From contig CAZXZO010000021.1 of assembly GCA_964645485.1 (NCBI GenBank), positions 1 to 31,159 of the forward strand: a stretch of DNA of 31,159 nt. Direction: 5' to 3'. The stretch is from an uncultured Candidatus Poseidoniales archaeon (lineage in GTDB: Archaea; Thermoplasmatota; Poseidoniia; Poseidoniales; Thalassarchaeaceae). The notes under the pieces are model-generated. The model saw nothing but the letters and a program-made list of their open reading frames with translations, had not been told where the DNA came from and searched no databases. Shown here one piece after another: positions 10,501 through 17,948 of this stretch. Both the position numbers and the translations under genes were made by a program. The number at the start of each line of letters is the position of its first letter. The stretch's first letter is position 1.

Positions 10501-12918
10501 ATTGTTGAGAATGGAAACTGCAAATACCCATGAAGAAGGTAGACCTTCTGGATTGGAGTAGTAATTCCAACAATTCTCTTCATGTAAATCTGATAGACGA
10601 TATTGACAAGCACCTGCATTAGTTCCAGCATACAGATAATTTGCATCAGAATCTAGAGCGTAAAAGTTTGAAGGATTGAATCCTCCCTGTGCCTGAATGT
10701 GGGTCCATGAAACTCCGTTGTATCGGTCAGCACCGTCAGCAGTTCCAACCCACATTGAACCGCCGCTATCGCGATGTAATGAGTATACATTATTGTTCGA
10801 GATTCCATTTCCACCTCTCGTTGCCCTCCATGTATCAACCACATCACCCGAAACTCGGTCAAAGATTAACACACCGTATCCGTAAAGCCCGAGGTACATT
10901 TGGTTGCCATCAGTTTCCACCGGCATATATGCTACATTATCCATCCCGGTAGAACGCCAAGAAGACAACAAAGTGTCATTTGTGATGTCAATTCGTAACA
11001 CCCCTTGATTGGATGCTATGTATGCGATTGCAGAACGTGCTGCAACCCCTCTGATATTATTTGTAAAAGAGTCAGACCGCCCGGTTGACCAAGACGATGA
11101 TACAGTTTTGTTGACCGCGTCAACTAAGGTTACACCAGCGTTTGAATGGCCAACTACGATTGTATCAGTAGTTACATCAAAGGCTAGATAATCAGCATCA
11201 TTTGAGTTTAGATTATCACTAATCGCTAGATGAGCAATTTGAGTTCCATTGAAAGCAAAATTATAGATTCCGTCATCACTAGTTGCTACCCAAACTGAAT
11301 TGCCATCAGTTTCTAATGCCTGATTGATAGTACCGGTTTCGATTGGTATTAACCAATGATTCAATTGTTTATCAAATCGGTCAATGACTCCATTTCCAGC
11401 AACCCAAACCACATTGTTTACTTCCAATGCATCATTCATTACTGCACTAGTTGGTCCAGATGCAAGTAACATTGTGGAAACGTGAGTCGGTGGGGTCGAT
11501 GGTTCGAAAAGTGCGAAACTTCCACCACCATCCCCAACAAGAATAGTGTCTACACCTGGTGACCTAACGCCACCGTTTGGCCAAGTAATCAAATCTACTC
11601 CATCACGTACTAAACCAACATCTTGTAGTGCCTTACTAGTAGAAAATGCACCCATAGTCATGTTGTAAAAATGAAGTGTGTCGCCAGCCAAGATGTGTAA
11701 CCATTCCCCACTTTGAGCCATTCCACGTACATCATTTGAATCAAGCCAATTTGCATCTGTCCAAGTGGCTAGCCATGAACTAGTTGCTACATTGTAGCGC
11801 ACGATTCCAGCATCTGCTAATCCAATCATTAGGATACCGTTCATCAATTCTAATTGGACTACATCATCACTTGGTAACGAGTTTTGAGTACTCCAAGTAG
11901 ACTGCCATTGGCTGCTTGAGGTGTCGTAACGCATTACGCCACCACCGTCAGTAGCAAGGTAAACTATGCCACCAACTTCCATCATATCTGTTACAATATC
12001 TAAGCCGGAAGATGGGTTACCAGCAACGCTGATTCCATCGGCTATCAAATTCGCCTCATTGGTACCTGCCCAAACTAATCCGGCTGAATCTGTCATCATC
12101 GCTGTAACTATCTCCGAAATACTTCCCGACATACTCGATTCAATTGAAAATGGACCTGAGAGTTCAGTAGAATCTGTTAGCGACCAAGCGCGGAATTTTG
12201 TCGGGCCATCATCAACTGAGACTAGAAGCATATCATTGAGAGTATCAACAACCATCGTACTCGCTCCGGTAATATTCTCTGCCAACTCTATAACGGGTGG
12301 GTCATTAGTTGCATCCAGTTGAACAACTGTTTCGTTGATCAGCAAATACATCCTACCATCTTCGGGATGAAGTGCTGAGGCACTTACATCAAGAGTAAAT
12401 GGTGAAAAGGTGACATATGCATCTGCGGGCCTCAATGCCTCAACAACCAAATCAGTAACTTCGGCATCACCGGGTAGGAGCCAAGATGCCCCTGCATTAG
12501 CATTAGGGGTTAGCCGAGAGGAGTGAGGGTCTGAGCCCATCAAGTCATTCTGTTGACCAAAACCTCCTAATCCTCGCCAATCCATGATTTGTGCTTGAGT
12601 ATCAACAAATGATAGTTGAGGCTGTTCTACCCAAGTGCCATTTGAGCCGTTAACTCGGACTTCAAATGACAAATTCTCAACAAGTGCACCAGGTGCTAAT
12701 GTGAGGTGTAAATCCCCTTCAGCGAGAACTCCGGTTGCAGGGTCTGCACCAACCGCATCAAGACTTATCCAACCAGTATCATTGGTTCCACCTGAACCCC
12801 ATTCTACCGCATTTCTGCGATTAACCACTGTTTCTAATTGCAAAACTGGAGTCAACGATGCGATTAGCATCAACCCGACTAGAAAAAGGGGGACTGTCGT
12901 TCTATTACTTTGAACCAT
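4561..12918 (-). CDS. Giant (2785 aa) single-pass surface protein: signal peptide, many two-component-regulator-propeller-like blades, about six FnIII-like repeats, C-terminal TM and acidic tail
   Basis: Uninterrupted 8.36-kb ORF with a hydrophobic N-terminus. Recurrent blade motifs (LPSDDVVQL, LPSSWVFAV, LPSNIVRDF, LPGPIIDKI, LPSNDVKAI; WxAT, GVxRYD). D-x-P-x-D-x-G...V-x-W repeats. TM LLTILLSLAIVTVLLLAI. Confidence 0.9.
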   Translation of the reverse strand: MVQSNRTTVPLFLVGLMLIASLTPVLQLETVVNRRNAVEWGSGGTNDTGWISLDAVGADPATGVLAEGDLHLTLAPGALVENLSFEVRVNGSNGTWVEQPQLSFVDTQAQIMDWRGLGGFGQQNDLMGSDPHSSRLTPNANAGASWLLPGDAEVTDLVVEALRPADAYVTFSPFTLDVSASALHPEDGRMYLLINETVVQLDATNDPPVIELAENITGASTMVVDTLNDMLLVSVDDGPTKFRAWSLTDSTELSGPFSIESSMSGSISEIVTAMMTDSAGLVWAGTNEANLIADGISVAGNPSSGLDIVTDMMEVGGIVYLATDGGGVMRYDTSSSQWQSTWSTQNSLPSDDVVQLELMNGILMIGLADAGIVRYNVATSSWLATWTDANWLDSNDVRGMAQSGEWLHILAGDTLHFYNMTMGAFSTSKALQDVGLVRDGVDLITWPNGGVRSPGVDTILVGDGGGSFALFEPSTPPTHVSTMLLASGPTSAVMNDALEVNNVVWVAGNGVIDRFDKQLNHWLIPIETGTINQALETDGNSVWVATSDDGIYNFAFNGTQIAHLAISDNLNSNDADYLAFDVTTDTIVVGHSNAGVTLVDAVNKTVSSSWSTGRSDSFTNNIRGVAARSAIAYIASNQGVLRIDITNDTLLSSWRSTGMDNVAYMPVETDGNQMYLGLYGYGVLIFDRVSGDVVDTWRATRGGNGISNNNVYSLHRDSGGSMWVGTADGADRYNGVSWTHIQAQGGFNPSNFYALDSDANYLYAGTNAGACQYRLSDLHEENCWNYYSNPEGLPSSWVFAVSILNNGNLYAGTNYGAGIIDVVNDTVVDVWVAGEATWNAPTYEYNDVAYIGLNGMGVARYDRINDVWLQEWDSSNSNNLVTDNDVTTLIPDRLTHRVWIGGDFGLRLIDLVNETVEETFSRANGQNEPGELVIIGNVLYYSEARAGTQSNDNIYRYDLDNMTTLSSLDAGQQINQNGLVYGIGEGPDGMLWIGVTPSGWWGLDAGSVVRWDHANDTWGNALDATGSILRVNSVYAGECEPLNVSACHIFASYGEKVHRHFDYNGNLLNEWDDTVLVGPIRSIDLYQGLIHFATYEGIARYDMYNDTWATTLTADNGGLPSNSEDTIFDIEIVGDDLWYTTMANSGWNRNSRIFQYNGTTQTWSSWAAGSTNIPAGFGFSMEVCNDIMHIAMSRYQGFGTQGGVARYDLQTNSWLSGWTQGSTQNRGLDDDDAVALACDEIGDVIYVGFERNDVGISRFSYTTGHWLGTITETTNGIMPDQVFPDGMRWHDGVLMVSHTDEDGGSGGISRIAASGGQLGSGMKIDVGTQGSSMEVRPSNTSQVDWIIGRPGGDSGYNRVDIINSTGLHKGAVDILAGLSSGRMLEVTFSGTNVWLTSADDSQQYSGSSILHGQLLPNGSIEWIEAYPFVWDIVNEILPINNDLWVTTSAGLYHVDITTGQISATPVPLHYQMDGLYRSGSDLVIGLMGTTTTSAGFQVYNLTTQSWTDGSLLAGLPSNIVRDFVEYDNRIWVATYGGIGVWNTTTQAWDDSITTQDGLPGPIIDKIWVEGTELMLATPAGMVRWDVPSHSVVATYNAQSGLIGNRVNGIAYAPSTTISSGNSTISIGPTLFLSHNGEGASRPGATSFDLTTMQPGQQYRVDMLPSNDVKAIAADWWGVHVATFEEPLMHWNAGANQMETGHPSWSFSAWPINDIISDGTTLLVLSNGGVDWVDITSSQHNVIRQEYMFSLTGGYVGANGIWLTTADNGLFGFGPAPNHLDIERESMRRAEPLSATFSGNSWDITNSTTPGQRIALIGPSNSAILPSQANSASPNGIPIHQMPLTLSSPVEGAAIWVASHSVNYSGTWNLTELNSNLENEFSLAARRGTLTQEGRDLHIRLQSPLNGTLEVRIKYDWTRSESPIELLDLFDRPDDGGGVLVAEWTPSQDSGWAAYRIYLQEGNWSSMPTSADLAMRAPDARVPMWSTTLAEIATVDGVRIVDGVDIYGVALIEYDDGTLGEPSSIMGPAAASDEVPNPPAWANAGPADGGADGDLYVEWSKCTAIDHAGTRIWAVTQEITDAIGLPTQGNDLTGQANSTVLQLEKGQPYWIALTCVDEGGLHDPANATIVGPVVPTGGINDGIPPSPVENITAYDTPEDEGGRITVEWTPNNEDDCAWHTVLVRPSIADEMTPTSAADFANATIVADCSTNSTIISHWGATPLEDNTLYWVTVVAFDAWGNGDYGNVTVVQVAPEKNLRGTDPPARVNNLSAWDHPQDKGEAIDVSWAATDVDDFGFYVIWASSQPVDNLAATWARCKDDVSACGAIKMDIQYPINSQDGLIGLTMTKALYDGDSVENSNPDTIRPNVPLSVTVTIHDLYGSAFLTGLPSVVVTPIDNRDDIIAPDRLQAPVVTDVPNDNGTAVYVEFELSDASDIDHYEVYSDIIAYTSSGHRQPIMILDRNVEQPILVDMIDGGAAIMSGIPVHIAIVPVDSSGNAHRDLLNVGSGKAIDNSGDDPGGHLPDVDFTIQWSEDGGAIEVEWQELVRTDIRSYRIFVSDSRFENTDEADLAKGGIIGTFWSLEEFNETSQYDNSTHWFIAVSAYDGNAWKHLVQAKELKPYKAPTDGGGDGNDDGEASSGLFDLIDMNTLLTILLSLAIVTVLLLAIRGRSNRSRNEALELAQAAWGLPQEEGWSDNEDGLDPRGPDVDLAGTLMPAASQIQASRESQVTSTTQEAQSGFAQQVETPPTDASRRLAEISEDLFGDTASSSPSSGDSELDSLIDDLL

Positions 12919-12971
12919 GAGTTACAACGCTTTCTGCTTTACTTATGAATGAAATGGCTTCATGGACCACC

Positions 12972-12988
12972 TGTATACTTCGTATACA
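12972..12988. promoter_or_regulatory. Perfect inverted repeat TGTATAC-TTC-GTATACA in a divergent promoter region
   Basis: 7-bp arms with a 3-nt spacer, between the giant gene and maeB. Function inferred only. Confidence 0.35.
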
Positions 12989-13085
12989 TAGGGAGTTTGA
13001 ATCCAAATATTCATTCATCTGAATGGGCAATGCAAATATCATAGTAGTGGGGCCGATTCAAATTGACATCGGAGATGAGCATCCC

Positions 13086-15368
13086 GTGAAAGAGAAAAAA
13101 ATCCGCCAAGATGCGCTGGATTACCACTCAGCAAAGCCTTTTGGCAAAATGAAGACTATTCCTACAAAGCCCCACGCCACTCAACGCGACCTGTCGTTGG
13201 CTTACTCTCCTGGGGTTGCCTATCCATGTTTAGAGATTGAAAAAAATCTGAACAATGCCTACAGATACACCGCCAAAGGAAATCTTGTCGCGGTAATCAC
13301 CAACGGGACAGCAGTTCTTGGGTTAGGAAATATTGGTGCTTTGGCAAGTAAACCGGTTATGGAAGGCAAGGGATTGTTGTTCAAGGCCTTTGCTGATATC
13401 GATGTGTTTGATATTGAAATCGATGAAACAGACGTTGACAAATTTGTTGAAACCGTCAAGCGAATTGCACCTACATTTGGTGGTATCAATTTGGAAGACA
13501 TCAAAGCACCAGAGTGCTTTGAAATTGAACGCCGCTTGAAAGAAGAATTGGATATCCCGGTTATGCATGACGACCAGCATGGAACCGCAATTATATCTGG
13601 CGCGGCGTTGCTCAATTCGCTTGAATTAGTCGACAAAGATATTTCACAAGTGAAAGTAGTAATTTCTGGTGCGGGTGCGTCGGCGATTTCTTGTGCTGAC
13701 CATTGGTTACAACTTGGAGTCAAAATTGACAATATAAAAATGATTGATTCCAAAGGAATAATCACAAAAAAGCGGTCTGAAGCGGGTGAACTCTCAACCG
13801 AAAAAGATCGATTCGCGATTGATGGAGAAGGGGGTGACCTTGCCTTGGCTATGGCTGGTGCTGACATCTTCCTTGGTCTTTCAAAAGGAGATATTGTTAG
13901 TCCAGATATGCTCCGTTCAATGGCTGAAAAACCGATAGTTTTCGCATTAGCAAATCCTGAACCTGAAATCATGCCTGATATCGCTTTAGCCGCCCGCCCG
14001 GATGCAATCGTTGCTAGCGGGCGGTCCGATTTCCCCAATCAAGTGAACAACGTTCTTGGATTCCCCTACATTTTCCGTGGTGCGCTAGACTGCATGGCAA
14101 CAAAAATTACTCAAAATATGAGAATGGCTGCAACCCGCGCCTTAGCCAACTTGGCAAAAGAGGCAGTTCCAGAGGAAGTTAGCCAAGCTTATGACCTTGA
14201 TTTCATTTCCTTCGGTAAGGACTACATCATTCCAAAACCATTTGACAGGCGCGTACTCGTGGGAGTTGCCTCAGCAGTTGCACAAGCGGCAGTTGAAGAT
14301 GGAGTTGCAGGCATTCCAGAATCAAAATTTAACATGGCATCGTATCAAGAAGAACTCGAAGCAAGGTTAGGATTAACCCATTCAGTAATGCGCACAGTGA
14401 TGAATCGCGCCAAGTCTTCTCTCAAGAGAATTGTTTTCCCCGAAGGTGATGACCCTCATGTTCTACGAGCGGCACATGAATTAGCCCATGAGAAAATTTG
14501 CATTCCAATACTTCTCGGGCGTCCTGATGTTATTGATGAACTCAAAGAAGAATACAATCTTGATTTTGAATGTGAAGTGATCAACCCCATTCAAGACCCT
14601 CGACGGAAGGGGACTTACCGAGATGGGTTGTTTGAGTTGCGAAGTCGTAAAGGGTTGACCATTATTGATGCCCAGAGAATTCTGAAATCTCGTACTTACT
14701 TTGGTGCTATGATGGTTGAAATGGGAGATGCTGACGGTTTCGTTGGTGGTTTGACTCGCGCCTACCCGACATTTCTCAAGCCTTGTCTAGAGGTGATTGG
14801 AACCTCGGGGGATGCACACCGTGTTGTTGGGATGTATATGATGGCAGTCAATGGGAAATTATTGTTCATCGGAGATGCTACAGTAAATGTTTATCCTGAC
14901 GCTAGAACTTTGGCAGAAATATGTGTTCAAACAGCACGTGTCGCAAAGCGATTTGGAATCAAACCCAAAGTAGCGGTGCTGTCTTTCTCTAATTTTGGCT
15001 CAAGCCGTGGACTGCGCTCAACTCGATTGGAAGATGCTATCGAAATCGCTCGCGAATTAGACCCATACATCTTGATTGATGGACCTATGCAAGCAGATAC
15101 TGCACTTTTAGAGGATATTCAGAAACAATATCCATTCATGGAATTTGATGGGGCTGCAAACGTCCTCATTTGCCCGAATCTCGCGGCCGCGAATATCGCA
15201 TACAAATTACTAGACCACCTTGGAGATGCGGAGATGACTGGCCCTATTCTAGAAGGGATGGCAAAGCCTGTACAAATCCTTCAACAGGGCGATGGAGTCA
15301 GAGAAGTAGTCCACATGGCGGCGATTTGTTCTGTGGAAGCACACCGCCATGAAATGGAGCGACTTTAG
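13086..15368 (+). CDS. maeB: NADP-dependent malic enzyme with C-terminal phosphotransacetylase-like domain
   Basis: ALDYH, LSLAYSPGVA, NLVAVITNGTAVLGLGNIG, KPVMEGK, GGINLEDIKAPECF, MHDDQHGTA, GAGASA, SDFPNQVNN, then the PTA-like RIVFPEG...IDGPMQAD. A likely GTG start at 13086 (GGAG upstream) gives 760 aa. Confidence 0.95.
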   Translation: MKEKKIRQDALDYHSAKPFGKMKTIPTKPHATQRDLSLAYSPGVAYPCLEIEKNLNNAYRYTAKGNLVAVITNGTAVLGLGNIGALASKPVMEGKGLLFKAFADIDVFDIEIDETDVDKFVETVKRIAPTFGGINLEDIKAPECFEIERRLKEELDIPVMHDDQHGTAIISGAALLNSLELVDKDISQVKVVISGAGASAISCADHWLQLGVKIDNIKMIDSKGIITKKRSEAGELSTEKDRFAIDGEGGDLALAMAGADIFLGLSKGDIVSPDMLRSMAEKPIVFALANPEPEIMPDIALAARPDAIVASGRSDFPNQVNNVLGFPYIFRGALDCMATKITQNMRMAATRALANLAKEAVPEEVSQAYDLDFISFGKDYIIPKPFDRRVLVGVASAVAQAAVEDGVAGIPESKFNMASYQEELEARLGLTHSVMRTVMNRAKSSLKRIVFPEGDDPHVLRAAHELAHEKICIPILLGRPDVIDELKEEYNLDFECEVINPIQDPRRKGTYRDGLFELRSRKGLTIIDAQRILKSRTYFGAMMVEMGDADGFVGGLTRAYPTFLKPCLEVIGTSGDAHRVVGMYMMAVNGKLLFIGDATVNVYPDARTLAEICVQTARVAKRFGIKPKVAVLSFSNFGSSRGLRSTRLEDAIEIARELDPYILIDGPMQADTALLEDIQKQYPFMEFDGAANVLICPNLAAANIAYKLLDHLGDAEMTGPILEGMAKPVQILQQGDGVREVVHMAAICSVEAHRHEMERL

Positions 15369-15411
15369 GCAATCATTGAAGCCCCTGTCCTTGTAGCAAC
15401 GGATTGGAGAT

Positions 15412-16857
15412 ATGATGGCTGACGATATCGATTCACTTTCCGACTTTGATGAAAGGTTGCTCCAAGGAGTTTTTGCCCGTGTTTGGCGCTATCTTGGGGA
15501 ATCCACTGATACAGATTCGCCAGTAACAAAATCCAAGTCTCCTCAAGAATTGAAAAATAAACTGGAATTGGCAGTTGGAACTAGCGGAGTTGATGTTGAC
15601 ACCATTCTTTCTGATATTGACAATTACCTAGATGAGTCAGTAAAAACCAGCCACCCTCATTTCATGAATCCGTTGTGGGGTGGCACCAATGTAGCATCCT
15701 TGGCTGGAGAATTCATTTCTGCTCTAACTAACACCTCAATGTACACTTTTGAACTCGCTCCAATGGCGACTCTAATCGAGAATGAAATGGTAGATTCAAT
15801 GTTGAAATTAGTTGGTTATCAGGCTGGTGAAGGAATCTTCACAACCGGAGGCTCTAACGGTAATTTGCTCGGATTAATGTGTGCCCGTGACCGCAAATTC
15901 CCCGATGCTCAGCGTTCTGGATTAGGTGGGAAACAACTGGTTGCATTCATCTCTGAGGATGCTCATTATTCTACAGCAATGGCGGCAAATGTACTCGGAA
16001 TTGGATTTGATAATCTAATTGCAATTCCTACAGATGAGTCCGGGGGAATGATTCCAAGTGAATTAGAACAATCAGTTGCCGCTGAAAAAAGAGCAGGAAA
16101 TTTTCCCTTTTGCGTAATCGCCACCGCTGGCACTACGGTCAGAGGTAGTGTGGACCCATTAGTTGAACTTGGTGAAATTTGCCGTCAAGAAAAACTCTGG
16201 CTCCATGTTGATGCTGCTTGGGGTGGGGCCGCTTTACTTTCACCAAAAACTCGCCCTCTACTCCGCGGAATTGATTTGGCGGATTCTATCTGCTGGGACC
16301 CACATAAAATGATGGGAATCCACCTTTGTTGTTCGGTTTTCCTTGTCAAAAACAGTGGTACTTTGAGGAGGGTTTGTGCACATACTCACAGAGCGCATTA
16401 TCTCCTTTTAGATGGGGCAGAAAATATTGACCTAGGTCACATGAGTTTGCAATGTGGAAGGCGAGTAGATGCCCTGAAACTATGGCTTGCATGGCGGGCA
16501 AAGGGTAACGAAGGTTGGGCTACACTAGTTGAACGATATTTCTCTCTTGCTGAATATCTTGTTTCCAAAGTAAAGGAACACACGCGGCTTGAATTAGTGG
16601 TTGAACCGGCCATGACAAATGTATGCATTCGTTATGTTGGCTTTGGATTAAATCAATCACGAGAAGATGTCATCAATCAAGGCATTCGAAATGAATTAAT
16701 TGCAAGTGGGAAATTTATGGTATCAACATCACAAATAGATAGCAGACCAATTATTCGTGCTGTAATCGCTAATCCAGGGGTAACTGAGAGTACCCTTGAT
16801 GAACTAATTTCCTCTATTGTTGAAATCGGCGATTCGCTTTCCTCCCAAGAAATTTAG
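15412..16857 (+). CDS. Group II PLP-dependent decarboxylase of the GAD/CSAD/GADL1 type
   Basis: HPHFMNPLW, SMYTFELAP, GIFTTGGSNGN, HVDAAWGG, PLP-lysine DPHKMMG, QCGRRVDALKLWLAW. Confidence 0.9.
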   Translation: MMADDIDSLSDFDERLLQGVFARVWRYLGESTDTDSPVTKSKSPQELKNKLELAVGTSGVDVDTILSDIDNYLDESVKTSHPHFMNPLWGGTNVASLAGEFISALTNTSMYTFELAPMATLIENEMVDSMLKLVGYQAGEGIFTTGGSNGNLLGLMCARDRKFPDAQRSGLGGKQLVAFISEDAHYSTAMAANVLGIGFDNLIAIPTDESGGMIPSELEQSVAAEKRAGNFPFCVIATAGTTVRGSVDPLVELGEICRQEKLWLHVDAAWGGAALLSPKTRPLLRGIDLADSICWDPHKMMGIHLCCSVFLVKNSGTLRRVCAHTHRAHYLLLDGAENIDLGHMSLQCGRRVDALKLWLAWRAKGNEGWATLVERYFSLAEYLVSKVKEHTRLELVVEPAMTNVCIRYVGFGLNQSREDVINQGIRNELIASGKFMVSTSQIDSRPIIRAVIANPGVTESTLDELISSIVEIGDSLSSQEI

Positions 16858-16969
16858 ACTAGATTTGTGTTTAGTCTGGGGTTGGTTTGCCACCCTTGTT
16901 GAGTAGAAGAATGAAATGATATCTTTCATTTTAGTTAATTCAATTCTCATCAAAGTTTGTTGTGGGCCT

Positions 16970-17173
16970 TCACTTCTCATCTGGTTTTTTTGTAGATAAT
17001 CCAATCACCAGCCCAATTATCCCCAATCCACATATCCCTTGTCCGATAAGCATATACAGCAAATAAATTGATTCATAGGTTCCTACTGCATCCATTTTTT
17101 CCCCAAAGATATAGGCCACAATGATACCAAGGATGATGACAGCCGTAGAAAGGATTACAATTCCTTTTCTCAA
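16970..17173 (-). CDS. Small two-TM membrane protein (67 aa)
   Basis: TTG start with a strong GGAGGTG SD, 14 bp after the upstream stop. Two hydrophobic helices and a basic tail. Confidence 0.7.
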   Translation of the reverse strand: MRKGIVILSTAVIILGIIVAYIFGEKMDAVGTYESIYLLYMLIGQGICGLGIIGLVIGLSTKKPDEK

Positions 17174-17187
17174 GAATCACACCTCCT

Positions 17188-17928
17188 CTACTCTTTTCTG
17201 AATAACTCATTCTTGACCATTTCATGGAGTCTAGAATCGTCGACTTCATCATCCTCTTTCTCGGACTCGTCTTCTCCTTCTTCTTCGGGTTTTGGTGTCA
17301 TATTCTCAATGATACTTGAGCCGGGTAGAGTAATTCCAAGCATTTTGCTAAAGCCTTTCATAACAACTCCCAAACCAATTAGAGCGAATAATCCAATCAG
17401 GCCCAAAAAGTGCACTGATTCCCAAAAGATTTGCCGAGTAAATCCGGGATGAAGGTCAGATTCAGATGGGTTGTCTGGATTGTATGCAACTTGATGGTGT
17501 GAGTAGAAACTCAGGCTCCTGAAACATGCGGGTTGGCGATTACTGCCAGAATTATAGCAGACCCACTCACCCTGATACAGGACTCCATCAACTGTGTAAT
17601 TCCAAACCCAGGTAGTATTGCTGGACAAGATTCTTTGGCCGGTATCATGGAAGAAATGTTTCTGATGAATTTCAGAATCAACTTTCTCCCAATCCTTCGA
17701 TTTCCACTCATCAGTCACGCCAAATCCTTCGGTGTAAGCAAAGATGCCAGCAGAAATTGAGAGCATCAGCAGACCACCGATTACTATCACTACAGATGGG
17801 ATTTCCTTGCCTTCGCCAAAACTAAATTCAAAGTTCGCACTTCCGAACAGCGGTTCATCTTCTATCTCTGGTTCATCATCCTCTGGATGTTCGTCGTAAT
17901 CGTCTTCCATGTTATCTTGTTCTTTCAT
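17188..17928 (-). CDS. Membrane protein, DUF3592-like (TM - beta domain - TM) with acidic termini
   Basis: Pattern W..V...I...WNYTVDGVLYQG...VAYNPDNPSES.L between two TM helices resembles DUF3592. GAGGAG SD. Confidence 0.6.
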   Translation of the reverse strand: MKEQDNMEDDYDEHPEDDEPEIEDEPLFGSANFEFSFGEGKEIPSVVIVIGGLLMLSISAGIFAYTEGFGVTDEWKSKDWEKVDSEIHQKHFFHDTGQRILSSNTTWVWNYTVDGVLYQGEWVCYNSGSNRQPACFRSLSFYSHHQVAYNPDNPSESDLHPGFTRQIFWESVHFLGLIGLFALIGLGVVMKGFSKMLGITLPGSSIIENMTPKPEEEGEDESEKEDDEVDDSRLHEMVKNELFRKE

Positions 17929-17948
17929 TTTTTCAACTCCTCAAATTC

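Noticed and set aside
13023-13085. N-terminal extension of maeB (similarly 3710-3736 for pabB/A)
   Set aside because: Downstream GTG starts have SD-like sites and give family-typical N-termini.
13259-14038. 259-aa minus-strand ORF, and the other short ORFs nested in long genes (e.g. 21383..21853, 7913..8257, 11966..12322, 29783..30130)
   Set aside because: Antisense or off-frame shadows of well-supported genes, with no recognisable motifs.
16856-16877. Hairpin AGACTA/TAGTCT between convergent genes
   Set aside because: A 6-bp weak stem with a 10-nt loop is chance level.
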